Assembly (NCBI GenBank): GCA_048884965.1
Contig: JBHLQH010000009.1
Span: forward strand, 32,001-96,000
Source: Candidatus Thorarchaeota archaeon
GTDB taxonomy: Archaea > Asgardarchaeota > Thorarchaeia > Thorarchaeales > Thorarchaeaceae
Reading direction: 5' to 3'
DNA length: 64,000 nucleotides
In this document: in pieces, positions 56,091-64,000 of the stretch
Layout: every line of letters begins with the position of its first letter
Numbering within the stretch: the first letter of the stretch is position 1
Program-made: the position numbers and the translations under genes
Notes under the pieces: model-generated
The model's input: only the letters and a program-made list of their open reading frames with translations
Database searches by the model: none
Told to the model about the DNA's origin: nothing

Positions 56091-57053
56091 TTGATGTTGT
56101 TGATTGAAATAGAACATCTAAGCCATATCTACTCAGGTGAGATAAAAGCGCTTGATGACCTCTCTTTCAAAGTAGAGCGAGGAGAGGTTATTGGGCTGCT
56201 AGGTCCAAATGGAGCCGGTAAGTCTACCTGTGTGAAGATGATAACAGGAGCGCTTAAGCCAACTGCTGGTAGTGTCCGGGTTTCTAACTATGAGGTTTCT
56301 GAGAATCTAAGGGCAGTCCGTCGCCTCATAGGTGTGATGCCCCAAGAAACTGCTCTCTATAGAGATCTCACTGCTCAAGAAACCCTTGAATATCATGCTG
56401 ACATCTATGGGGTACCAAAAGAGGAACGAGATGATAGGATCGCAGAGATGCTTGAGCTTGCAGGTCTTACAGCGCGTAAGGATGACCTTGTCAAGACATA
56501 CTCGGGTGGTATGAAACGTAGGCTTGCCCTTGTTCGTGCCCTACTCCATAAGTCCGAGCTGCTGATATTGGATGAGATGAGCTTGGGCGTTGATGTCCAG
56601 AGTCGTGCTCTTATTTGGCAGCAGGTCAAGCTGCTCAAGAAACAAGGTAAGACCGTTCTCTTCTGTACGAACTACATGGATGAAGCTGATGAGCTGGCCG
56701 ACAGGTTGGTAGTCATAGATCGTGGAAAGCTTATGGCTGAAGGTTCTCCAAGAAGTCTCAAACAAGCACATGTGGGAAACTACATCATTGAAGTAGAGCT
56801 AGAAGGTCTCACTGAAGGACAAGGAGAGTCATGGATCAGTGAGCAGGTGGGACTTCAGGTCGACAAGGTAACTGAATACAAGGAAATGCACTCACGAACA
56901 GCACGCATCTGGAGTGTGGAGGGATACAAGGATCTCCCACTAGTGATACGGGTCCTTTCAGAGCGTGGGATTGTAGTGAAGCAAGCATCAATGCGAGCTC
57001 CTTCACTTGGCGATGTGTTCCTGACAATAACTGGTTCGAAGCTGAGGGATTAG
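56091..57053 (+). CDS. ABC-2 exporter ATP-binding protein (DrrA-like)
   Basis: GPNGAGKS, YSGGMKRR, LDEMS, YMDEADELADR, SLGDVFL. Confidence 0.92.
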   Translation: MMLLIEIEHLSHIYSGEIKALDDLSFKVERGEVIGLLGPNGAGKSTCVKMITGALKPTAGSVRVSNYEVSENLRAVRRLIGVMPQETALYRDLTAQETLEYHADIYGVPKEERDDRIAEMLELAGLTARKDDLVKTYSGGMKRRLALVRALLHKSELLILDEMSLGVDVQSRALIWQQVKLLKKQGKTVLFCTNYMDEADELADRLVVIDRGKLMAEGSPRSLKQAHVGNYIIEVELEGLTEGQGESWISEQVGLQVDKVTEYKEMHSRTARIWSVEGYKDLPLVIRVLSERGIVVKQASMRAPSLGDVFLTITGSKLRD

Positions 57054-57055
57054 AG

Positions 57056-58186
57056 TTGATGCGTGAGTTACTTGCTATAATTAGAAAGGATTTGAGAGTC
57101 GCACGAAGAGACCCCAGATTCCTTGGTCCCTCTCTCATCGTGCCCTTCGTTCTTCTAAGCGTCTATGTCATCCTGTGGTCATCCTTCGGAGGAGGTGAAG
57201 CCTTTACGTGTGGCCTAGTTGTTCAGGATGATACTGTCTATGGTGAGGAGATGGCTGAGATAATCGAAGGGATGCGATCATCGACCAATCACACTTGGTT
57301 CTCCATAACGAGATATGACCTTACAGAAGCAGAGAACCATTTCCTGTCAGGTGACTTGATTGCATACATAGTAATACCATCTGGTTTTGGGGCGAACATC
57401 TCTAGTGAGAATGATGCACAGTTAATCATGTATGTGAATAACATCAATGATGATATAGTCAAGAACTATGTGCATAGGATTGAAGCAGCTGTCCTCCTGT
57501 ACAATCAAGGTGCTCTATCTCCTGACTTTGACCAAAGTGAGGCCATGGTCTCCCTAGAAGAATATCACTCACTGGCACTGACACCAGGAAATACAGAATA
57601 TGCTGGAGCTGCTGCAATCATTCTCTCGTTGATTACATGCACTCTTGCCGGCCAAGGAATGAACACTGCTGCTGACTATGAGAATAAGGCAATTGAGGAT
57701 ACGCTAAACTCACCTGTTTCAAGAGTTGTCCTTATGTTAGGACATTCTCTATCAGCAGTTCCTCGATCATTATTTGTTCTGGTCATCAGCTTTCCAATCG
57801 TTTCGATTATTCTGAATATCTCTCCTGTCGGGAACCCTGTTCTTTTGCTCGCAGTGCTCATACTCTCTGCACTCGCATTGACCCCTCTTGGAGAGCTCAT
57901 AGGCATCCTCACAAAGGAAAAGGAGAAGGCGCTGCTGGCATCGGTTCTTCTTACAATCATCGGTTTTCTTGCAGGTGGAGGATTAGCGCCAGTATCTCTG
58001 ATGCCTATTCAATTCAGAATGGTTGCACTAATGATCCCAGTCACTCACGTGATTATCCTATGGACTCGCTTGTTCTATTTCGATACGACATTGGGTCTTG
58101 TTTCCAGCTCACTTGCTCTGGTAGTGTTCTGGCTACTTTTCACAGCTGCTGTTGTCTTTGTCACAAAGAAGGAGGTCGAGAGGTAA
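57056..58186 (+). CDS. ABC-2 permease
   Basis: IIRKDL, N-terminal TM, extracellular domain IVIPSGF, C-terminal TMs. Confidence 0.85.
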   Translation: MMRELLAIIRKDLRVARRDPRFLGPSLIVPFVLLSVYVILWSSFGGGEAFTCGLVVQDDTVYGEEMAEIIEGMRSSTNHTWFSITRYDLTEAENHFLSGDLIAYIVIPSGFGANISSENDAQLIMYVNNINDDIVKNYVHRIEAAVLLYNQGALSPDFDQSEAMVSLEEYHSLALTPGNTEYAGAAAIILSLITCTLAGQGMNTAADYENKAIEDTLNSPVSRVVLMLGHSLSAVPRSLFVLVISFPIVSIILNISPVGNPVLLLAVLILSALALTPLGELIGILTKEKEKALLASVLLTIIGFLAGGGLAPVSLMPIQFRMVALMIPVTHVIILWTRLFYFDTTLGLVSSSLALVVFWLLFTAAVVFVTKKEVER

Positions 58187-59343
58187 TGAATCCGTTCCTT
58201 AGAGTCTTGGAATCGACAATTAGAAAGGAATTCAGAATCCTGCGTAGGAACAAAGCCAAGATTGGACTCGTAGTTCTCTCGCCCTTAATGTTCTGGTCAG
58301 GATTCGTCTTACTAATGGGCGGTGTCTACTCACAGGGTATCGAAGCTGGTTTGGTGGTGCTCGAAACCAATCCCGGGTACTATACAAATGGGCTCATTGA
58401 GATCTTGGGGGAGCATGATGAGATCCCTCCAAGCCTCGTTCTTCTTGAGATGGACAATGACACAGCCTATAGCCTCTTTGCATCAGGAGAAATCATGTTA
58501 GTGATTGTAATCCCTGAAGACTTCGAGGAAGCCCTTGGTCAGAATGAAACTACAAACATCAAGATTTGGGTCAATAATGTGCATGAAGACATGACAAAGA
58601 ATCTGCGCATGCCCGTCATTCGAAAGCTGGATATCTTCTATCAAACATATCTGGATGATGCTCCTCTTGTAGACTTTGACTATGAATTGCTGCGCACCTT
58701 TACATATCCACGTCTTGGCTATATGGCATGGACCATGTCTATCTATGCAGTGATGTTTGGCGCTATGTTCTCGTCAGGATCAATGATCACACAGGAATTT
58801 GAGAACGAAACATTCGAGGAGTTGGAGATGGCCAATCAATCACCTATAGCCATCAATGCGGGAAAGATGCTCACAGGTATGTCAGTTGGGTTCATAGCAC
58901 CCCCTATCCTGATGATTATCGGTCTGCTGGGATTTGGAGTCTGGCCTAGTGGTAGCATCGGAGTATATCTCCTACTAACCATACCCTTGGCAATTATAGC
59001 ATCAGGGATTGGTATTGTTCTTGGAGCAATAGCAAGGAGTTCCATCTATGTAGTCCCCCTCGCTGCACTCTCCTCGCTATTCTATTGGATCATGGGCGGT
59101 GGTATGGCACCTCTGCTGCTTGCTGGTCTTGGATTCGATTGGGTTGATTCATATTCTCCCATTTCGAATGCCTATCGTTCATTGACAAGTATGTTTGTGG
59201 ATGGTAACTATGCTTCACTCATTGTTGATTTGGGAGTTCTTGGGATATCGATCCTCGCCACTCTCATAATTGCTCCCCTCGTGACAGATAGGCTTTCAAG
59301 GGTCAAGTATCCGAGTATATCACGGCCTAAGAGGCGGAGATGA
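58186..59343 (+). CDS. ABC-2 permease (second)
   Basis: ATG overlaps the upstream stop (TAATG); IRKEF, IVIPEDF, EFENET. Confidence 0.85.
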   Translation: MNPFLRVLESTIRKEFRILRRNKAKIGLVVLSPLMFWSGFVLLMGGVYSQGIEAGLVVLETNPGYYTNGLIEILGEHDEIPPSLVLLEMDNDTAYSLFASGEIMLVIVIPEDFEEALGQNETTNIKIWVNNVHEDMTKNLRMPVIRKLDIFYQTYLDDAPLVDFDYELLRTFTYPRLGYMAWTMSIYAVMFGAMFSSGSMITQEFENETFEELEMANQSPIAINAGKMLTGMSVGFIAPPILMIIGLLGFGVWPSGSIGVYLLLTIPLAIIASGIGIVLGAIARSSIYVVPLAALSSLFYWIMGGGMAPLLLAGLGFDWVDSYSPISNAYRSLTSMFVDGNYASLIVDLGVLGISILATLIIAPLVTDRLSRVKYPSISRPKRRR

Positions 59344-59370
59344 GGTCTCTATAGGGTTGGGACTTGTTTC

Positions 59371-60213
59371 TCAACCCTTTGCTGGGGATCCAATGGAGTA
59401 CATCATGTTAGAGAATGAAGGCATCTCCATCCTACTACGCACCATTCTAATTGAGAAGAACTTCTCGTGAAGACCCACTCTGTTCAAAGTATCAAGAGCG
59501 TTCTGATTCGTTTCTAAGACTCCTATTGACAAGGATTGACTCTTTCTTGCTCTTGCAACTGCATTGATAAGATCTCCTGCATTTTCATGGTGATTTGAAA
59601 TAATCCAAGGAGCGATTCGTACTGTACTCCCTCTATCACTGGCCATGATGAAACCATCCACTCTATCTTCACCACTATCGATGACATAGCAAAGATCTGG
59701 AAACTCCCTATATCGATGTTTCAAGAAATGCGATCGGTTTCCTGCAAATGCTCTTTCATCCAGACGGAGGAGTCCTTCGAGGTCATCATCAGTTGCTTTT
59801 CTTACATTCCTAACCTCTGTCGCATCCGGGATACCGCTCAAGCGTAAGGACTTACAACATCTTTTGAATCCCAATCCTTCGTATATTGGAGCCGCATCAG
59901 GGACTGCATCAAGCATCATAGTCATTGCCTGATTACTCTCCAAGTAGCTGATAGCGTGTTTCATGAGGGTAGTTCCGATCCCTTTCTTTCTATGGTCTTT
60001 CAATACAATGAGACTACCAATGAACCCAATTGTTCCATAGGCAACAGCACTGATCATACCTATGGACTGGCCATTTTCCAATGCAATGAATGCCGCTTGT
60101 GGACTATGGGAGATGAGCATCTCAAAGTCACTTCGAATGTCCGACCAGCCCTCGCTGGATGTGAGCTGCAGTGCAAAGTCAATATCCTCATTCTCCATGA
60201 ATCGAACTCTCAT
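59371..60213 (-). CDS. GNAT N-acetyltransferase (tandem GNAT)
   Basis: IVLKDHRKKGIGTTL, IYEGLGF; second degenerate GNAT domain. Confidence 0.88.
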   Translation of the reverse strand: MRVRFMENEDIDFALQLTSSEGWSDIRSDFEMLISHSPQAAFIALENGQSIGMISAVAYGTIGFIGSLIVLKDHRKKGIGTTLMKHAISYLESNQAMTMMLDAVPDAAPIYEGLGFKRCCKSLRLSGIPDATEVRNVRKATDDDLEGLLRLDERAFAGNRSHFLKHRYREFPDLCYVIDSGEDRVDGFIMASDRGSTVRIAPWIISNHHENAGDLINAVARARKSQSLSIGVLETNQNALDTLNRVGLHEKFFSIRMVRSRMEMPSFSNMMYSIGSPAKG

Positions 60214-60359
60214 GATGATGCGCTCCTGCTACTCACATCACTAACTAGTATATCATTCTACACTTCAAAGTAAGAATCTGAGTTTGAGCAACTCGGCATG
60301 CTATTATACTGGTACTGCACATGTAGTAGGTCGTACTCTTGATTCAAGGAGAGAGAGAA

Positions 60360-61703
60360 ATGTCGAACGAAGATTCTACTGTTACTGAAACTCCTGTGAC
60401 AAAGAACGAGTCTGAACCGATGCGTTGGCTCTATGTCTTCGTCATAGGACTTGGATTCTTTACGACTGGAGTCAGCTGGAGTGTCTACAACAGCTACCTT
60501 CCTGCTGATTTCCTGCCGTTATTCATCCAAGGTCCCATTCAGAACACACTCATTGGTCTCATAATGGTACTTGATAACGTGTTTGCACTTTTCCTGCAGC
60601 CGTATATTGGTGCTCGATCAGACCGCGAACGCTCCAAGCTAGGTAGGCGAATGCCATACATTCTAATCGGCACTCCTGCTGCAGCAGTCTTCTTTGCGCT
60701 TATTGCACTCGGGTGGGCCGCATTCAGCTTCTGGTTGATGTTCTTCTTCATCACAGTGTTCAATGTGTCAATGGCATACTACAGGGCACCTGTTGTTGCG
60801 CTGATGCCTGATGTTGTATCGTCTGAGCATCGCAGCAAAGCGAATGGTGTCATCAATCTAATGGGCGGCGTTGGTGCCATTTACGCATTTGCTATAGCCT
60901 CTCAAATCTACAAGATAAAGGATCCCGGACTTGCAGCACTCTTTGGAACGACAACCACAAGAATAGGGCCTATCCTAACGTTCCTCACCACCTCTGTGAT
61001 TATGATCGTGGCTACAATCATTCTCTTTGTAATTGTTAGGGAACCTGAGGTGCCGCCTATCGATCCAAACAAACCGAAGGAAGTCGGAATAGTTGAGGCG
61101 ATAAAGCAAGTTTCCTTTGGTACTGATAAATCGGTCATTGCCCTCCTCCTTGCCATCCTTTTCTGGTTCTTTGGGTGGAATGCCATGGAAACTTGGTACA
61201 CCAAATATGGTGGAGAGGTTCTTGGATTCGCAACCGCTGATGCCGCATTCCAGCTGACCGCATTTGCATTATCATTCGTCATTTTTGCCATTCCTGGAGG
61301 ATTACTAGCAGGGAAACTTGGTCGAAAGAGGACGATCCTTGGAGGGCTCATCATCATGATAGCTGGAATTGCGCTGCTGTTCGTCATAACAGACTATTAC
61401 ATCATGATGATTATCCTCGTGATCGCTGGCCTCGGATGGGCGATGGTCAACGTTAATTCCATAGTGATGGTATGGGAAGCACTTGGGAAATCTCGGATAG
61501 GCGCAGGAACAGGGCTCTACTACCTATTCAGCATGAGCGCTGCCATCTTTGGCCCTCTTGTCAGCGGTATCATCTTTGATTTAACCTCGATATCGATTCT
61601 GTTCCCACTTTCAATCGCATTCTTGGTCATCGCCTTCGTTTTCATGCTCGGAGTCAAGACTGGAGAGGTTGGCGACGAAGCGACTTCTGAGCATGCCGCA
61701 TAA
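60360..61703 (+). CDS. MFS transporter (SLC45/MalT-like sugar permease)
   Basis: LQPYIGARSDR...GRRMPY, ALMPD, RSKANG, GKLGRKR. Confidence 0.88.
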   Translation: MSNEDSTVTETPVTKNESEPMRWLYVFVIGLGFFTTGVSWSVYNSYLPADFLPLFIQGPIQNTLIGLIMVLDNVFALFLQPYIGARSDRERSKLGRRMPYILIGTPAAAVFFALIALGWAAFSFWLMFFFITVFNVSMAYYRAPVVALMPDVVSSEHRSKANGVINLMGGVGAIYAFAIASQIYKIKDPGLAALFGTTTTRIGPILTFLTTSVIMIVATIILFVIVREPEVPPIDPNKPKEVGIVEAIKQVSFGTDKSVIALLLAILFWFFGWNAMETWYTKYGGEVLGFATADAAFQLTAFALSFVIFAIPGGLLAGKLGRKRTILGGLIIMIAGIALLFVITDYYIMMIILVIAGLGWAMVNVNSIVMVWEALGKSRIGAGTGLYYLFSMSAAIFGPLVSGIIFDLTSISILFPLSIAFLVIAFVFMLGVKTGEVGDEATSEHAA

Positions 61704-61712
61704 TTAGATTCT

Positions 61713-61743
61713 GGGAGCTTCGGCTCCCCCTCTTTTCTTCTTC
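61713..61743 (+). terminator. UUCG-tetraloop hairpin terminator
   Basis: GGGAGC-TTCG-GCTCCC, then CCTCTTTTCTTCTTC. Confidence 0.75.
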
Positions 61744-61885
61744 ATCACGATACGTAAGTTACTTGAGAGAATCCCTTCATATTGCCACAAACGAGTCGTT
61801 TCTTTCAATGCTTGAGATCGATGTCCATATTCCAGAACGAACATGAGCATCTTTGTGTGCAGACAGAGCATCTCATAGCATATAG

Positions 61886-61911
61886 AAAAAAGGAGAGAGT
61901 ATTCTCTCTCC
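61886..61911 (-). terminator. Hairpin + U6 terminator
   Basis: Minus strand GGAGAGAG-AATA-CTCTCTCC-TTTTTT, downstream of 61937..62491. Confidence 0.75.
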
Positions 61912-61936
61912 AAAAAGTAGAATCTTGCTAAGTGTA

Positions 61937-62491
61937 CTAAGCTGTCATATAGACTTGTACGACGGGTTGTCCCAGAATCCATGCCGAATCTGACAAATCC
62001 GAATCGGGATTTGCATCATTGAAGAAGATGTATACCGTATTTCCTTCAGCAGCTGATCCAAGGTTAATAGTGATATATGCACCATTCAGATAATTGCTTG
62101 GAGAATAGGTATAGACTCCCCAATAACCTGACCCCGCGGCTACACTTACTTTCATCGCCTCATTATGGTACAAGCCAAAGAAGTAGAAATACGCCTTAAA
62201 GTAGAATCTGACTCGTACTCCTGAAATATCAACACCTCCTGGAATATTGCTTGGGGTGCGCCATGAGGCACTGAAAACATATCGTGCTGATCCGCCTGGT
62301 GGCGTAATTAGTCCCTCAGAGGCTGTTTGCGTACTTGGGTAGTATTGAGAATTGAGAATCAATGTTGGTCCTGTCATACTCACATCTACCCATTCACCGG
62401 TTGGACCCGCCTGAGTAGGTATAGGTGCCACACTGATAGATACCAAGAAAACTAATGCTGCCATTAGAATTTGGATTCTTCTATTATTCAC
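61937..62491 (-). CDS. Secreted beta-rich hypothetical protein
   Basis: Signal peptide (NNRRIQILMAALVFLVSISVA), AGGAGG SD, own terminator. Confidence 0.7.
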   Translation of the reverse strand: MNNRRIQILMAALVFLVSISVAPIPTQAGPTGEWVDVSMTGPTLILNSQYYPSTQTASEGLITPPGGSARYVFSASWRTPSNIPGGVDISGVRVRFYFKAYFYFFGLYHNEAMKVSVAAGSGYWGVYTYSPSNYLNGAYITINLGSAAEGNTVYIFFNDANPDSDLSDSAWILGQPVVQVYMTA

Positions 62492-63049
62492 TATTTGATA
62501 TTCCTCCTAATGAGCTTCAACACTAAGAATGATTGTCAACACATTGACCTGATTTTTCATTCATCAAGTCATTTGATATTGAAACCCTATCCTTGTCGAA
62601 ACTCCACACATGCAAATGCCTAACTGCCTATACTCTGTTTTTGTGTTGTGAAATACACCTTTCATGCTATATCGAAATAATCCATAGCAGCTTGATTCTA
62701 AGGATATCATTTGATTAATGGATATACTGATTCTCTTTCCATATGAGTTCGAACCACATTTCATGAAGCGTCAGACTCGTCCTTGACAACCTCTATCTGT
62801 ACAGAGAGGTGGAGCAAGGATTCCCCCGTATCGTCGCAATAGGGTCGAAATTGTGAGGTGTCTTCGCTATCTACTTCAGTTGACATATATCTAGTAATGT
62901 GTTCAAATCAATTCAGTATTGAGTATCAAATACAAAGCCACTCATAGAAACTTATTGCGTTTTTTAGAATCCCATATCCTCTCATAGCTCGAAAAGGACC
63001 TTTATAGATTGTATTTGTGAAAGATGACAGAGACTTCGAAACACACACT

Positions 63050-64000
63050 CTATGTGCAATCTCGTTCCAATTTAGTGTCTTTCTCGATGATAATCTCGAT
63101 AGAACTTTTCCGCTCTTGAAGCCCGTTCTCTAGATCTCGATTGCTAAAGTAGAATATCACGAAGGAAATTATTGCCATAATGGCTGCAAAAAAGATGATG
63201 GTGTAGTAGTCACCACCTAGAGTGAACAACACAGCTGCATAGATTGGACCCAACACCCCAGATATTGAGAGCATGGACTGGAGCAGTCCTGATGCTGTTG
63301 CACGCTCCGCATTCCGTTCTGTGACATACTTGAGAGCGCCAACATAGAGGCACGCCCATGAGAATCCGAGCAGGACCTGGGCAGGGAAGACTTCCCAGAT
63401 TGTTCGGGCGAGTCCTATCCAGATGAATGTGGCAGAGGAAGCAATGAGTCCTGTAGCAAAGAGCTTGGTATATTCGAATCGATCCGTGATTGCAAGCATG
63501 AAGATTACTTGAGACAGAGAGTTCGTAGCTTGAATGAGACCTATAGTAACAAGGTCTCCCCCAAGATTCGAGAGGATGAGAGGCCAGTAGGTCCATACTG
63601 CGAAAGCACTGCTGTGTCGAATAAAGACCGCCAGATACACAGGGTAGTTCTTCCTGAAGGTTTCGACTGGAAAGAGCGGGACCTTGATTGGTGTTACCTG
63701 TATCTTTGGGAGGGTGAATGCGCTCGCGAATGCCAACAGGAAGAATAGGGCAGACACCAAGAACGCGTAGTAGATATTGAAACCAGCTGCGTACCCAGCT
63801 AATACCGTACCAACTCCCCATCCAAGTGCCCCGAATGATGCAAAGCGACCCATCTTCATCTTCGATTCGTATGCATAGGCTGCAAGAGCACCTGGGTAGA
63901 TGCCTATTGAGAACCCATTCAGGACTCTTACGATGAAGAGAATCTCCAATGTACTAGAAACTAGAAGCAGTCCAAAGCTTAGTGTAGACAGGAATATTCC
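63050..64000 (-). CDS. MFS transporter, 5'-truncated by window edge
   Basis: Frame open to 64000; RVLNG, MGRFASFGALGW, ITDRF, ERATASG. Confidence 0.85.
   Translation of the reverse strand, partial: GIFLSTLSFGLLLVSSTLEILFIVRVLNGFSIGIYPGALAAYAYESKMKMGRFASFGALGWGVGTVLAGYAAGFNIYYAFLVSALFFLLAFASAFTLPKIQVTPIKVPLFPVETFRKNYPVYLAVFIRHSSAFAVWTYWPLILSNLGGDLVTIGLIQATNSLSQVIFMLAITDRFEYTKLFATGLIASSATFIWIGLARTIWEVFPAQVLLGFSWACLYVGALKYVTERNAERATASGLLQSMLSISGVLGPIYAAVLFTLGGDYYTIIFFAAIMAIISFVIFYFSNRDLENGLQERKSSIEIIIEKDTKLERDCT

Noticed and set aside
61704-61982. 92-aa ORF, and the 66-aa ORF at 62564..62764
   Set aside because: The first runs through two terminator hairpins and overlaps a real gene; neither has a convincing SD or protein-like features.

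Overview
Archaeal chromosomal window, most likely from an Asgard archaeon (Thorarchaeota-like). This assignment is inferred from two tandem profilin homologues, rpl38e, SepF, Alba, aCPSF1 and an HbYX-tailed PAC2 chaperone. About 4.3-35.6 kb is conserved information-processing and core metabolism: Lsm-rpl37e, psmB-aCPSF1, pus10-rpl21e-rpo4-DUF655-ksgA-hemK, pth2-truD, rpl40e-tRNA-Val-rpl38e, sucCD and nop2/nip7. Two catalytically degenerate Hel308/Ski2-like helicases sit within it, one with an N-terminal wHTH and one with a SWIM finger inserted. The window opens with an ECF transporter module flanked by extracellular sulfite-oxidase-fold (Oxidored_molyb-like) proteins. 35.8-48.6 kb is a MoxR/DUF58/DUF4350/DUF4129 operon led by a 2076-aa Ig-repeat surface protein whose transglutaminase-like domain has lost its catalytic triad. 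The best candidate for an undescribed system is at 52.9-54.15 kb and is absent from the ORF track. It is a three-gene micropeptide operon (35, 28 and 39 aa) with its own TATA box, chained Shine-Dalgarno sites and a hairpin terminator. Two of the peptides share a C-terminal motif IST.AIR[YF].Y.Y.R. The operon is transcribed divergently from a wHTH regulator, with repeated operator-like boxes between them, and lies next to a Trm112-fused methyltransferase, a TrmB-controlled ABC exporter and a GNAT. No CRISPR array, rRNA or recognisable mobile element was seen. All family assignments are from motif recognition by eye, not database searches.
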